From: Thermoleophilia bacterium
Lineage (GTDB): Bacteria > Actinomycetota > Thermoleophilia > UBA2241
Assembly: GCA_038321515.1 (NCBI GenBank)
Contig: JBBQFA010000001.1
Coordinates: forward strand, 1 to 40,684
Length of the DNA stretch: 40,684 nucleotides
Direction of reading: 5' to 3'
Shown one piece after another: positions 16,491-24,121 of the stretch. The notes under the pieces are model-generated. The model had not been told where the DNA came from. It saw only the letters and a program-made list of their open reading frames with translations, and ran no database searches. Position 1 is the stretch's first letter, and the number at the start of each line of letters is the position of its first letter. The translations under genes were made by a program, and so were the position numbers.

Positions 16491-17633
16491 GTGTGCAAAG
16501 CGAGGTTCTCTCTCGGCAGCTGGCATAGCAAGCTCGTCCTCGTGGCGCTCGGCGCCGGCTGCCTACTGGGCGTTGGCCTGCCCGTGCTCGCCAGTGGAGA
16601 TGACGCCACGCCGACCTGGCAGCTGAAGAAGTACTACAGCCGCGGCTGGGACCGCAGCTACAAGCTCGACGTCGCCGAGGAGATGCCCGAAGTGCCTCGG
16701 GTGGTCGTGTACGGCGGGTCGCGCGGCCTGCGCATGGACCCGGCGACGATCAAGCGGGCGACGGGCCTCCCCGCCTTCAACTTCGCCTTCCACAACGGGC
16801 GCCCCGAAGACGCCTGGGCGGTCACCGACTGGCTCCTCGACAATCATCCCGACGAGCCGCCGGCGGTGATCTGGTGCCTGCAGGCGACGACGCTGGCCGA
16901 CGTGCCGATGGCCCCCGGCCTCATCGTCGACAAGCGCCTCTCGCAGGCGTTCCCCGCGTCGCTCATCTCCTCGAAGAAGAAGTGGGCGATGCGCCAGCCC
17001 AAGCGCAACGTGCTCTCCGGGCGCCGCTTCGGCCGCGACGGGATGCTCTGGTGGAACAGCTACGACCGCAGGCGCGCGGAGGGCCTCACCCTGCAGCGCT
17101 CGCTGACGCGGTATCTCGACGCCGACATGCTGGCCAAGGCGGGCAACCACAAGCTCCCGGGCAACACGCGAGCGAAGGCGTACTTCTCGCGCACGCTGAA
17201 GCTGCTCAACGCCAACCACATCAAGCCACTGATCGTCATCATGCCGTACCAGCCGAGGGTCCTGAGGACGTTCATGTCCGTCGGTTGGGGCGTCAAGCAA
17301 CGCTGGCTGCGCGGGTACCTGAGAAGACTCCAGAAGTATCGCGATTTCCGGGTGGTCAACTGCCTGAACATCAAGACGTTTGGCGGCAGCCCGGCCGGCT
17401 TCTACGATGGCGCTCACCTCACTACCGGCAACTCACGCCGCCTCATCCGCTATCTCATCCGCAAGGCGCCGGGGTGCTTCCGCGTGCCGACACCGACACC
17501 GACACCGACACCGAGCCCGTCGCCGAGCGCCTCGCCCAGCCCGAGCCCGAGTTCGAGCGGATCGCTCGTGGAGCCGCCGGCCTACACGCCGGTGCCCGAG
17601 AACAAGAGCGCTCCCGCCGACTTCCTCGAGTAG
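16491..17633 (+). CDS. exported SGNH/GDSL-like hydrolase-fold protein with C-terminal Pro/Thr/Ser linker (uncharacterised family, copy 2)
   Basis: The signal is LVLVALGAGCLLGVGLPVLASG. The motifs are VVVYGGSRGLR and FYDGAHLT (DxxH), and the linker is PTPTPTPTPSPSPSASPSPSPSSS. The exact start is uncertain because the GTG at 16491 abuts the purine-rich run. Confidence 0.6.
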   Translation: MCKARFSLGSWHSKLVLVALGAGCLLGVGLPVLASGDDATPTWQLKKYYSRGWDRSYKLDVAEEMPEVPRVVVYGGSRGLRMDPATIKRATGLPAFNFAFHNGRPEDAWAVTDWLLDNHPDEPPAVIWCLQATTLADVPMAPGLIVDKRLSQAFPASLISSKKKWAMRQPKRNVLSGRRFGRDGMLWWNSYDRRRAEGLTLQRSLTRYLDADMLAKAGNHKLPGNTRAKAYFSRTLKLLNANHIKPLIVIMPYQPRVLRTFMSVGWGVKQRWLRGYLRRLQKYRDFRVVNCLNIKTFGGSPAGFYDGAHLTTGNSRRLIRYLIRKAPGCFRVPTPTPTPTPSPSPSASPSPSPSSSGSLVEPPAYTPVPENKSAPADFLE

Positions 17634-17640
17634 GCCGTCG

Positions 17641-17690
17641 GCGGCGAGGCGCGACAGACTCGCCGCAGGTTCAGCGCCGATCGGCGCTGA
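17641..17690 (+). terminator. two tandem GC-rich hairpins downstream of the 16491-17633 gene
   Basis: The first hairpin pairs GCGGCGAG with CTCGCCGC (17641-17668). The second is a perfect 20-bp palindrome TCAGCGCCGATCGGCGCTGA (17671-17690), followed by ATCTCCCTTT. The U-tract is weak. Confidence 0.4.
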
Positions 17691-17861
17691 TCTCCCTTTG
17701 ACGGCGAACCACTTCACTATGAGTGGTAGACTCGACTCGGCACCGGTCTCAAAGCAGCGCACGGCGCTGACAGGTACCGCGTGAAAGTGGGACGATCGCC
17801 GGGAGGACGGTCGGTCGCCACGCGGGGGAACGTGGTGCTGGACTTGAGGAAAGGAGTCGGC

Positions 17862-18872
17862 GTGAGGGGTGTGCTCGGTGGGGCGACGGTCGCGGCGATC
17901 GCCGCGACGCTGCTCGCCTCCGTCATGCTGGCGCTCGCCTTGTCTGCCTCGCCGGCGACGGCCTTCACGGCGTGGCAGCATGACGGCGCGACCGGCTGCG
18001 TCTGCCACACGAACGGCACGCCCACGGACGCGTCCTGCGTGACGTGTCACACCGGGTTCCAGAGCTACCCCGACGACACCTGCTGGTCCTGCCACTACCC
18101 TGGCCAGGATACGAGACCCTACTGGACCGACGTCACGCCCACGTTGACGCCGACGGCGTCGCCGACCGAGACGGCCACCCCGACGCCGACCCCGACACCC
18201 GCCGAGACGAGCGCACCCTGTAGCCGGGAGTGCCATCTCTACAACAGTGTGGCCAAGGCCTACACGATCCCGTACACGCACGGCACCAACCCGCACCTCG
18301 GCTCGACGCCGGACTGCCTCGACTGTCACCAAACGAGCCCCGGCATCGCCAATCCCGGTTCCAGCCCGCATCACAGCGGACAGGCGACGGGATTCGCCGA
18401 TTGCAGCGCGTGCCATTCGTCCCCCCAGAAGCACGCCGGCGAGGTGACGTGCACGAAGTGTCACAAGAGCGCCGTGGACTTCCATCTGTACACCGCATCG
18501 AGTGCGGGCTACACGAAGTGCGGCGCGTGCCACAAGATGAAGCACGCGCGCAAGCGGGTCTCCACCAGAAAGTGCGCGTCCTGTCACAAGGGCACCTCTG
18601 GTCGCGCGGCGCAGCACTCCGCCAAGGTCAAGAAGAAGTACGTCTGCGGGGCGTGCCACAAGCAGAAGCTGCACGCCAGGCGCGTGAGCAAGCGGGTCAA
18701 GAGCTGCCGCACCTGCCATCGCGGCAAGTTCCACGCCGCCCAGCGCACCCCCGGCAAGTCGACCTGCACGAAGTGTCACGTCGTGAGGCTCCGCCACGAT
18801 GACGGCTACCCATGCTACCTGTGTCACCGGCGTGCCATCCACAACCGGCGGCCCGGCGCCGTCAACCACTGA
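17862..18872 (+). CDS. exported multihaem c-type cytochrome-like protein (11 CxxCH motifs)
   Basis: - AGGAAAGGAG lies 5-6 nt upstream of the GTG at 17862; the ORF track starts at 17781.
- The signal is GATVAAIAATLLASVMLALALSASPATA.
- The canonical CxxCH motifs are CVTCH, CWSCH, CLDCH, CSACH, CTKCH, CGACH, CASCH, CGACH, CRTCH, CTKCH and CYLCH.
- There is also one CxxxCH (CSRECH) and many spare His residues.
- A PT-rich linker follows the second motif. Confidence 0.65.
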   Translation: MRGVLGGATVAAIAATLLASVMLALALSASPATAFTAWQHDGATGCVCHTNGTPTDASCVTCHTGFQSYPDDTCWSCHYPGQDTRPYWTDVTPTLTPTASPTETATPTPTPTPAETSAPCSRECHLYNSVAKAYTIPYTHGTNPHLGSTPDCLDCHQTSPGIANPGSSPHHSGQATGFADCSACHSSPQKHAGEVTCTKCHKSAVDFHLYTASSAGYTKCGACHKMKHARKRVSTRKCASCHKGTSGRAAQHSAKVKKKYVCGACHKQKLHARRVSKRVKSCRTCHRGKFHAAQRTPGKSTCTKCHVVRLRHDDGYPCYLCHRRAIHNRRPGAVNH

Positions 18873-18901
18873 GATCCGCCGTTGGACCTCCGGCTCACGG
18901 T

Positions 18902-19153
18902 ATGCGGCGTCTCTATCGCGAGTTCCGCTCCTGGAGCAGGGGCGAGAACCTGGCCCGAGCACGCGCCCGAACTCTCCCGGCGACGCCGGCCGGAGTGGTT
19001 TCCCTCTGGGTGCGAAGCGGAGCGCATCGGCGCGTGATCTTGAGGAGTAGGTACCGCGGCATCGGGGTCGGAGTCTTCACATCGGCCGACGGCGCGCGCC
19101 TCTTCCCGCTCGACGCCGGCCGCCGCATCCGCTGGGACGCTCGCCTTAGCTGA
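18902..19153 (+). pseudogene. remnant of a CAP-domain gene (C-terminal third only), paralogue of 5548-6366
   Basis: YREFRSWSRGENLARARARTLPATPAGVVSLWVRSGAHRRVILRSRYRGIGVGVFTSADGARLFPLDAGRR aligns with YRSWSVGENIAWGRYGTLYATPTAIVAAWMNSYSHRKVILRRVFRDVGIGVAKSDGGRRYFTLDMGRR. The signal peptide and the N-terminal two-thirds of the domain are absent. Confidence 0.6.
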
Positions 19154-19181
19154 CGAACCCCTGCATATCCTCCTCATCAGC

Positions 19182-21290
19182 GTGCACGGCCTGATCCGTG
19201 GTCACGATCTTGAGCTCGGGCGAGACGCCGATACCGGCGGTCAGTCCACCTACGTCGTCGAGCTCGCGCGAGCCCTCGCCCGCCACGATGACGTCGAGCG
19301 GGTCGATCTGTTGACCCGGCTCATCGACGATCCCGCAGTGGCGGGAGACTACGGGCGAGAGGAAGAGTTCCTGGCGGATGGAGCCCGGATCCTACGTGTG
19401 CGCTTCGGCCCCGCGCGCCGATACGTGCACAAGGAACAACTCTGGCCGTACCTCGATCAGATGGTCGACCGCTGCCTGCATCTACTGCGAGGGCAGCGCC
19501 GTCTGCCGGACCTGATCCACAGCCACTATGCCGACGCCGGGTACGTCGGCCTGCAGCTCTCGCAACTCCTCGGGATCCCCCAGGTGCATACGGGCCACTC
19601 GCTCGGTCGCGCCAAGCGCGAGCGGCTCCTCGCCGACGGACGCAAGGCGCAGGCCATCGAGCGACAGTTCAAACTCTCCCGCCGCATCACCGCCGAGGAA
19701 GAGGTACTGCGACACGCTTCCCTGGTCGTGGCCAGCACGCAACAGGAGGTCGAGGAGCAGTACGGACTCTATGACGCTCACCGCCCCGAGCGGAGCATCG
19801 TCATCCCGCCCGGCATCGACACCTCTCGCTTCTCCCCGCCTGGCAGACGTGCGCTCAGCCGCGAGACCTCATGGAAGGTCGATCGCTTCCTGTCCCAACC
19901 GAACAAGCCGATGATTCTCACTCTGGCCCGGCCCGAGGCGAGCAAGAACCTCACCGGGCTTCTGGACGCGTACGGAGCAGATCCCGCGCTGCAGGAGATC
20001 GCCAACCTCGTCATCGTGGCGGGCACCAGAGACGATATCCAGGAGCTGGAGCCCGCCCAGCGAAGTGTCCTGCACGACCTCGTGCTGGGCATCGATCGCC
20101 ATGACGTCTGGGGCAGGGTGGCGCTGCCGAAGAGCCACTCGACCGAGGACGTGCCGGAGCTCTACCGGCTGGCGGCGCGCCGGGGAGGCGTGTTCGTGAA
20201 CCCGTCTCTTATCGAGCTCTTCGGCCTCACCTTGATCGAGGCGGCCGCCAGTGGCCTGCCGGTCGTCGCCACCGAGAACGGAGGCCCTCGCGACATCGTC
20301 GCCAACTGCCGCAACGGTCTGCTCGTCGACCCGACCGACCCGCTCGCGCTCGCCGAGGCCCTCAAGGCAGCTCTCTCCGACAGAGGGCAATGGCAGCGCT
20401 GGGCCAGACGTGGCGTCACCGCGGTTCGGCGTCACTACAGCTGGGATGCGCACGTGACCAAGTACGTCAAGGCAAGCCGCCGCATTCTCTACCGCAATCG
20501 CAAGCGCCATCGCCGCCAGCTCGCCTCCGTCGCCCGCAGCGGCCCTTCCTTGCTCGCCTTCGCGCGGCGACTCCTGATCACCGACATCGACGGCACGCTG
20601 ATCGGCGACAGGGAGGGCCTCCAGGACCTCCTCGCCTGGATTCGGGAACATCGCGGCCCCGTCGGCTTCGGCGTCGCCACGGGCCGCTCACCGCAGAGCG
20701 CCTCCCGGCAGCTGCGGAACTGGCGCGTACCGGCGCCGGACGTGGCGATCACGTCGGTCGGCACGGAGATCAGCTACGGCAGCCGGCTCATCCGCGATGC
20801 CGGATGGACCAATCACATCGGCTACCTCTGGCGCCGGGACGCAATCGCCGAGACCCTCGACGGCGTGCCCGGCCTGCGCACGCAGGAGGCGAACAACCAG
20901 CGCGAGTTCAAGCTCAGCTACTACGCTTCGATCGAGGACATGCCTCCGCTGAAGGAGGTCCAGCGGCTCCTCCACGAACGGCGCCTGCACGGCCGGCTCG
21001 TGCTCAGCAAGGGAGAGACGCTGGACGTCCTCCCCATCCGCGCTTCGAAGGGCCATGCCGTCCGCTACCTCGCCTACAAGTGGGACATTCAGCTTGGCGA
21101 CTTCCTGGTGGCCGGCGACTCGGGAAACGACCTGGAGATGCTCACCGGGGACACCAGGGCGGTGGTCGTCGGCAACCACAGCCCCGAGCTCGATTCGCTC
21201 CGCAATCAGGACAACGTCTACTTCGCGGAGGGCCGCTGCGCTCGGGGCATCCTCGAGGGCCTCGATCACTACGGCTTCCGGCTGACCTGA
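19182..21290 (+). CDS. bidomain sucrose-phosphate synthase (GT4) fused to a sucrose-phosphate-phosphatase-like HAD domain
   Basis: - SPS signature: HGLIRGHDLELGRDADTGGQSTYVVELARAL.
- GT-B C-terminal domain: FVNPSLIELFGLTLIEAAASGLPVVATENGGPRDI.
- HAD motifs are all present: LLITDIDGTL (DxDxT), GVATGRS, RASKG and AGDSGNDLEM.
- The conserved N-terminal strand (LHILLIS) lies upstream of the first canonical start codon; see findings. Confidence 0.88.
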   Translation: MHGLIRGHDLELGRDADTGGQSTYVVELARALARHDDVERVDLLTRLIDDPAVAGDYGREEEFLADGARILRVRFGPARRYVHKEQLWPYLDQMVDRCLHLLRGQRRLPDLIHSHYADAGYVGLQLSQLLGIPQVHTGHSLGRAKRERLLADGRKAQAIERQFKLSRRITAEEEVLRHASLVVASTQQEVEEQYGLYDAHRPERSIVIPPGIDTSRFSPPGRRALSRETSWKVDRFLSQPNKPMILTLARPEASKNLTGLLDAYGADPALQEIANLVIVAGTRDDIQELEPAQRSVLHDLVLGIDRHDVWGRVALPKSHSTEDVPELYRLAARRGGVFVNPSLIELFGLTLIEAAASGLPVVATENGGPRDIVANCRNGLLVDPTDPLALAEALKAALSDRGQWQRWARRGVTAVRRHYSWDAHVTKYVKASRRILYRNRKRHRRQLASVARSGPSLLAFARRLLITDIDGTLIGDREGLQDLLAWIREHRGPVGFGVATGRSPQSASRQLRNWRVPAPDVAITSVGTEISYGSRLIRDAGWTNHIGYLWRRDAIAETLDGVPGLRTQEANNQREFKLSYYASIEDMPPLKEVQRLLHERRLHGRLVLSKGETLDVLPIRASKGHAVRYLAYKWDIQLGDFLVAGDSGNDLEMLTGDTRAVVVGNHSPELDSLRNQDNVYFAEGRCARGILEGLDHYGFRLT

Positions 21291-21351
21291 GGACCTTGCC
21301 CTGCCCTCTCCCCTGGGCACCGCGAAGCGGCGAGCATCTGGGTGAGACCGT

Positions 21352-22520
21352 GGGGTACAAGTACTCGATCACGCCGCCCTCTCGTATTCGTGGATGAGTC
21401 CACCGAGAATATCTCGCCGCCGGATGCCTGGCACACCGTCGAGCTCTTCGACCGGCGTAGCACCTTTGGGAGCCAAGAGCCGCAGTCTTCGATGCGGCCG
21501 TTTCTGGTTGTAGTGTTCCACGTAGGTTCGCAGAACCCGGTCCAAGTGCCGGGGACCGAAGATCAGCGTCCAGTCCAGGCAGTCGGCGCGTAGCGTCTCC
21601 ACCCAGCGTTCGGCGAAGGCGTTGGCGTTCGGTGCCCTGATCGGCGTGCGGATCACTCGCATGCCTTCGCCCACGAAGACATCGTCGAAGGAGCGCGAGA
21701 ACTTGGCGTCGCGGTCGCGGATGAGGAACTCGACTTGGGCGCTCTCCTCGGCGAGGCTCATCGCCAGGTTCCGTGCCTGCTGGGTGACAAAGGCCGAATC
21801 CGGGTTGCTCGTTGCGGCAGTGACGTGCACGGCCCGAGTCCCGATCTCGATGAAGAACAGCACGTAGAGCGTCTTGAGCAGGGCTGTCTCCACGGTGAAG
21901 AAGTCGCAGGCGAGGATGCCTGAGGCTTGCGCCCTCAGGAACTCACTCCAGGTCGGGCCACGTCGTGGCGCGGGTCCGATGTTGTGCCTGCGAAGCAGCG
22001 TTGCGATGGCGGTGGCCGAGACACGCACGCCGAGCTTCTGGCACTCTCCCTTGATCCTCATGTAGCCCCAGCACGGGTTCTCCTTGGCAAGGCGAATGAT
22101 CAGGGCCTGGATCGCTGGATCAAGGCTGGGGCGACCCGGCCGGCGCTGAGTGCGCGTCCACTTGCACGCCACCAACCACCGGTGCCAACGCAGGACGGTC
22201 TCGGGGCGCACGAGGAACGCATTCCAGCGCTCACGCGGCAGGAACAGGCTGGCTGCGGCCAGCAGTGCACGATCGCTCATCCGGTAGACGGGGCGCTTCA
22301 CTTGACGGCGCAGGATCGCGACCTGGTGTCTAAGCACCAGATTCTCGAGCTCGACCTGCCTGGCAGCGCGATCCCTGGAAGAAAGGATGCCGAGCAGTCG
22401 ACGAAGCACCATGTAGAGGAGCGAGGAGAACACGATCGCGATTCTGTCATGCGCGGCCGGCAAGGCGCCAGCGGTGTTCGCGAGTGTGCCCCGGAGGGCA
22501 CGATCGAGTATTTGTACCCC
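21352..22520 (-). mobile_element. insertion sequence with a single rve (DDE) transposase, IS481/IS3-superfamily-like
   Basis: The terminal inverted repeats are GGGGTACAAGTACTCGATC (21352-21370) and the reverse complement of GATCGAGTATTTGTACCCC (22502-22520), matching at 18 of 19 positions. They enclose one intact 364-aa ORF. I recognised no flanking direct repeat. Confidence 0.8.
21369..22463 (-). CDS. DDE (rve integrase-core) transposase
   Basis: The N-terminal part reads LENLVLRHQVAILRRQVKRP...LRWHRWLV. The HTH part reads LIIRLAKENPCWGYMRIKGEC. The rve core reads DFFTVET...LYVLFFIEIGTRAVH...FLIRDRDAKF...NAFAERWVETLRADCLD...YNQKRPHRRL. Confidence 0.9.
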   Translation of the reverse strand: MPAAHDRIAIVFSSLLYMVLRRLLGILSSRDRAARQVELENLVLRHQVAILRRQVKRPVYRMSDRALLAAASLFLPRERWNAFLVRPETVLRWHRWLVACKWTRTQRRPGRPSLDPAIQALIIRLAKENPCWGYMRIKGECQKLGVRVSATAIATLLRRHNIGPAPRRGPTWSEFLRAQASGILACDFFTVETALLKTLYVLFFIEIGTRAVHVTAATSNPDSAFVTQQARNLAMSLAEESAQVEFLIRDRDAKFSRSFDDVFVGEGMRVIRTPIRAPNANAFAERWVETLRADCLDWTLIFGPRHLDRVLRTYVEHYNQKRPHRRLRLLAPKGATPVEELDGVPGIRRRDILGGLIHEYERAA

Positions 22521-22655
22521 TCGGGGCGGCGCACCAGAGCGCGCACCGGCCAGCCGTCTTCGCGCAGTAGCCGTACCAGCTCGCTGCCGACGTTGCCGGG
22601 GCGCCGCTCACGAGGATCGGTGCCCGCGGCTCGCGGGCGCCCTGCGGGCGGGAGT

Positions 22656-23006
22656 TCATGGCCTCACTCCGCTCTCGTCGGCCTCCTCGCTGCGCCAGAG
22701 GAGGCGCAAGCAGCCCTGGCCGAGCAGCTGCTCGGCGCAGAGCGGGCAGGCGAGCAGCAGCTCGTCGCCGCACTGGAGGAGCTGCGCCGCCTCGCCGGGC
22801 AGCAGCTCGCGGCCGCAGCCGTCGCAGGTCTCGAGGTCCTCGCTCCAGCGTGGCAGGCCGACGAGGCGCAGACGCTGCAGATGGCGCTGACGGGCCTCGG
22901 GATCGGCTGCGGACTCGGGCTGGTCACCCGCGGCTTCCGGGTGCGCCCGCGTCGTCCACCAGGCGCGCAGCTTGCCCCAACGTGCACGCTCGTCCGTGGC
23001 GGCCAC
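22656..23006 (-). CDS. small zinc-ribbon protein (copy 1; last gene of the five-gene operon)
   Basis: - A GGGAGG SD lies 4 nt upstream of the GTG at 23006.
- The product is VAATDERARWGKLRAWW...DPEARQRHLQRLRLVGLPRWSEDLETCDGCGRELLPGEAAQLLQCGDELLLACPLCAEQLL, i.e. CxxC...CxxC.
- Its core (22711-22910) is ~89% identical at nucleotide level to 30891-31090. Confidence 0.6.
   Translation of the reverse strand: MAATDERARWGKLRAWWTTRAHPEAAGDQPESAADPEARQRHLQRLRLVGLPRWSEDLETCDGCGRELLPGEAAQLLQCGDELLLACPLCAEQLLGQGCLRLLWRSEEADESGVRP
22711..22910 (-). repeat. direct repeat copy A (paralogous zinc-ribbon CDS core)
   Basis: An ungapped alignment with 30891-31090, at a constant offset of 8180 nt, gives 22 mismatches in 200 nt by my manual count. 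Confidence 0.85.
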
Positions 23007-23502
23007 ATTGCCTCCCTTGCCTGTCTGGCTCCCTCCTATGGGGTTCCGCAGGCAGCGACGACGCAAACGTCACCCACGGCCGGGCGGTGGAGCGCCCGCG
23101 GGTGAGCCTCTGCCGCGACGGTTGCAGAGCGACCCGCGTCGCGCGCCGCCGCTCCGCTCGGGGCAGGGGCAACCCGGCAGCTGCCGCGGCCACGCGCCTG
23201 AGGACCCGCCGCTCGGGGATCGGCCGGCAGGCGCGATCCCGAGCCCGGCTGACGCGCAAGGTTGCTCTTGAGCGCCAGAGCTCACCCTCGCACAGCTCCC
23301 GCACCCCCAGCTCGGTCGCCAGCCACGGCCCCTCAGGCAGCAGGGCCTGATCCGCGAACAGCAGCGTGTGGCGGCCGCTCGAGTCCGTGCGCAGGCCCCA
23401 GTCGGCGTGCCAGAGGTAGCGCATCCCGCGGCCATCGATGCAGCGCGCCTCGAAGCCGAGCGAGACGATGTCGAAGCGGCTGTAGGGGCGGTCCTGGATC
23501 AT
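22924..23502 (-). CDS. hypothetical protein (fourth gene of the operon); 3' end uncertain
   Basis: GAGGTG lies 8 nt upstream of the ATG at 23502, and that ATG is 7 nt after the stop of the upstream gene. The first ~80 aa look like genuine protein (MIQDRPYSRFDIVSLGFEARCIDGRGMRYLWHADWGLRTDSSGRHTLLFADQALLPEGPWLATELGVRELCEGELW). The rest is Arg/Ala-rich and overlaps the next gene by 83 nt. Confidence 0.4.
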   Translation of the reverse strand: MIQDRPYSRFDIVSLGFEARCIDGRGMRYLWHADWGLRTDSSGRHTLLFADQALLPEGPWLATELGVRELCEGELWRSRATLRVSRARDRACRPIPERRVLRRVAAAAAGLPLPRAERRRATRVALQPSRQRLTRGRSTARPWVTFASSLPAEPHRREPDRQGRQCGRHGRACTLGQAARLVDDAGAPGSRG

Positions 23503-23509
23503 CACTTGC

Positions 23510-24079
23510 TCACCTCGAATTGAGTGACTGTGTCTCCGCAACGTCCACCGCCGCGGCTCTGCGTGCGTGCACGAAACCGAGCACGCTCAGGAGCAGGAGC
23601 AAGGCGGCGGCGCCGAAGCTGACCCAGGCAGCGATGCCGGCGATGGTGGCGACTTCGGAGAAGGCATAGGCGTTGAGCAGCATCCCGCGCAGCGTGGTGC
23701 CGCGGAACAGCGTGTCCGCCTGTGCCTTCAGAGTCGCGTTGCCCGGATCGGCCTGCGCCGCGGAGCTCACCTCGGCATACGTCTTGCCTCCAGCGACCTC
23801 TGAGAGGTGGATGGCGATGAAGTGGTTGGCGTAGACCTGAGCCTGTGCCCCGGTCGTGAGCTGCTCGCCAGCGTACTGCCGCACGTCGGCAAACTGCGGG
23901 CCTTTGATCGACTCGCTTCCCTGCGGCGGGAAGAAGATCTTCTGGGCCGCGAGCTGATCGTGTACCTGGTTGTTCACAAAGACGTTGCCCCAGAGGAGCA
24001 AACCCCCCAGCGCGAGCAGGACGACGGCGACGATGAGTCCCGCCGAGCTGGCCGTCATATCGAGTGTTCTGCGATTCAT
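23510..24079 (-). CDS. bitopic membrane protein with ~130-aa extracytoplasmic domain (third gene of the operon)
   Basis: GGGAGG lies 7 nt upstream of the ATG at 24079. TM1 is AGLIVAVVLLALGGLLLWG and TM2 is IAGIAAWVSFGAAALLLLLSVLGFV. The intervening domain reads NQVHDQLAAQKIFFPP...YANHFIAIHL... Confidence 0.7.
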   Translation of the reverse strand: MNRRTLDMTASSAGLIVAVVLLALGGLLLWGNVFVNNQVHDQLAAQKIFFPPQGSESIKGPQFADVRQYAGEQLTTGAQAQVYANHFIAIHLSEVAGGKTYAEVSSAAQADPGNATLKAQADTLFRGTTLRGMLLNAYAFSEVATIAGIAAWVSFGAAALLLLLSVLGFVHARRAAAVDVAETQSLNSR

Positions 24080-24121
24080 GGATGTGCCTCCCACGTGAGT
24101 CTGGCGGCGGGCCGCGGGGCT

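Noticed and set aside
17941-17990. A twelfth haem motif at GCVCH near the cytochrome N-terminus.
   Set aside because: It is CxCH, not CxxCH, so I did not count it. The CSRECH (CxxxCH) motif is mentioned but is not counted among the 11.
17433-18962. A 509-aa minus-strand ORF spanning the cytochrome gene.
   Set aside because: It is antisense to the CxxCH-rich frame and consists of Arg/Gly/Ala repeats with no motif.
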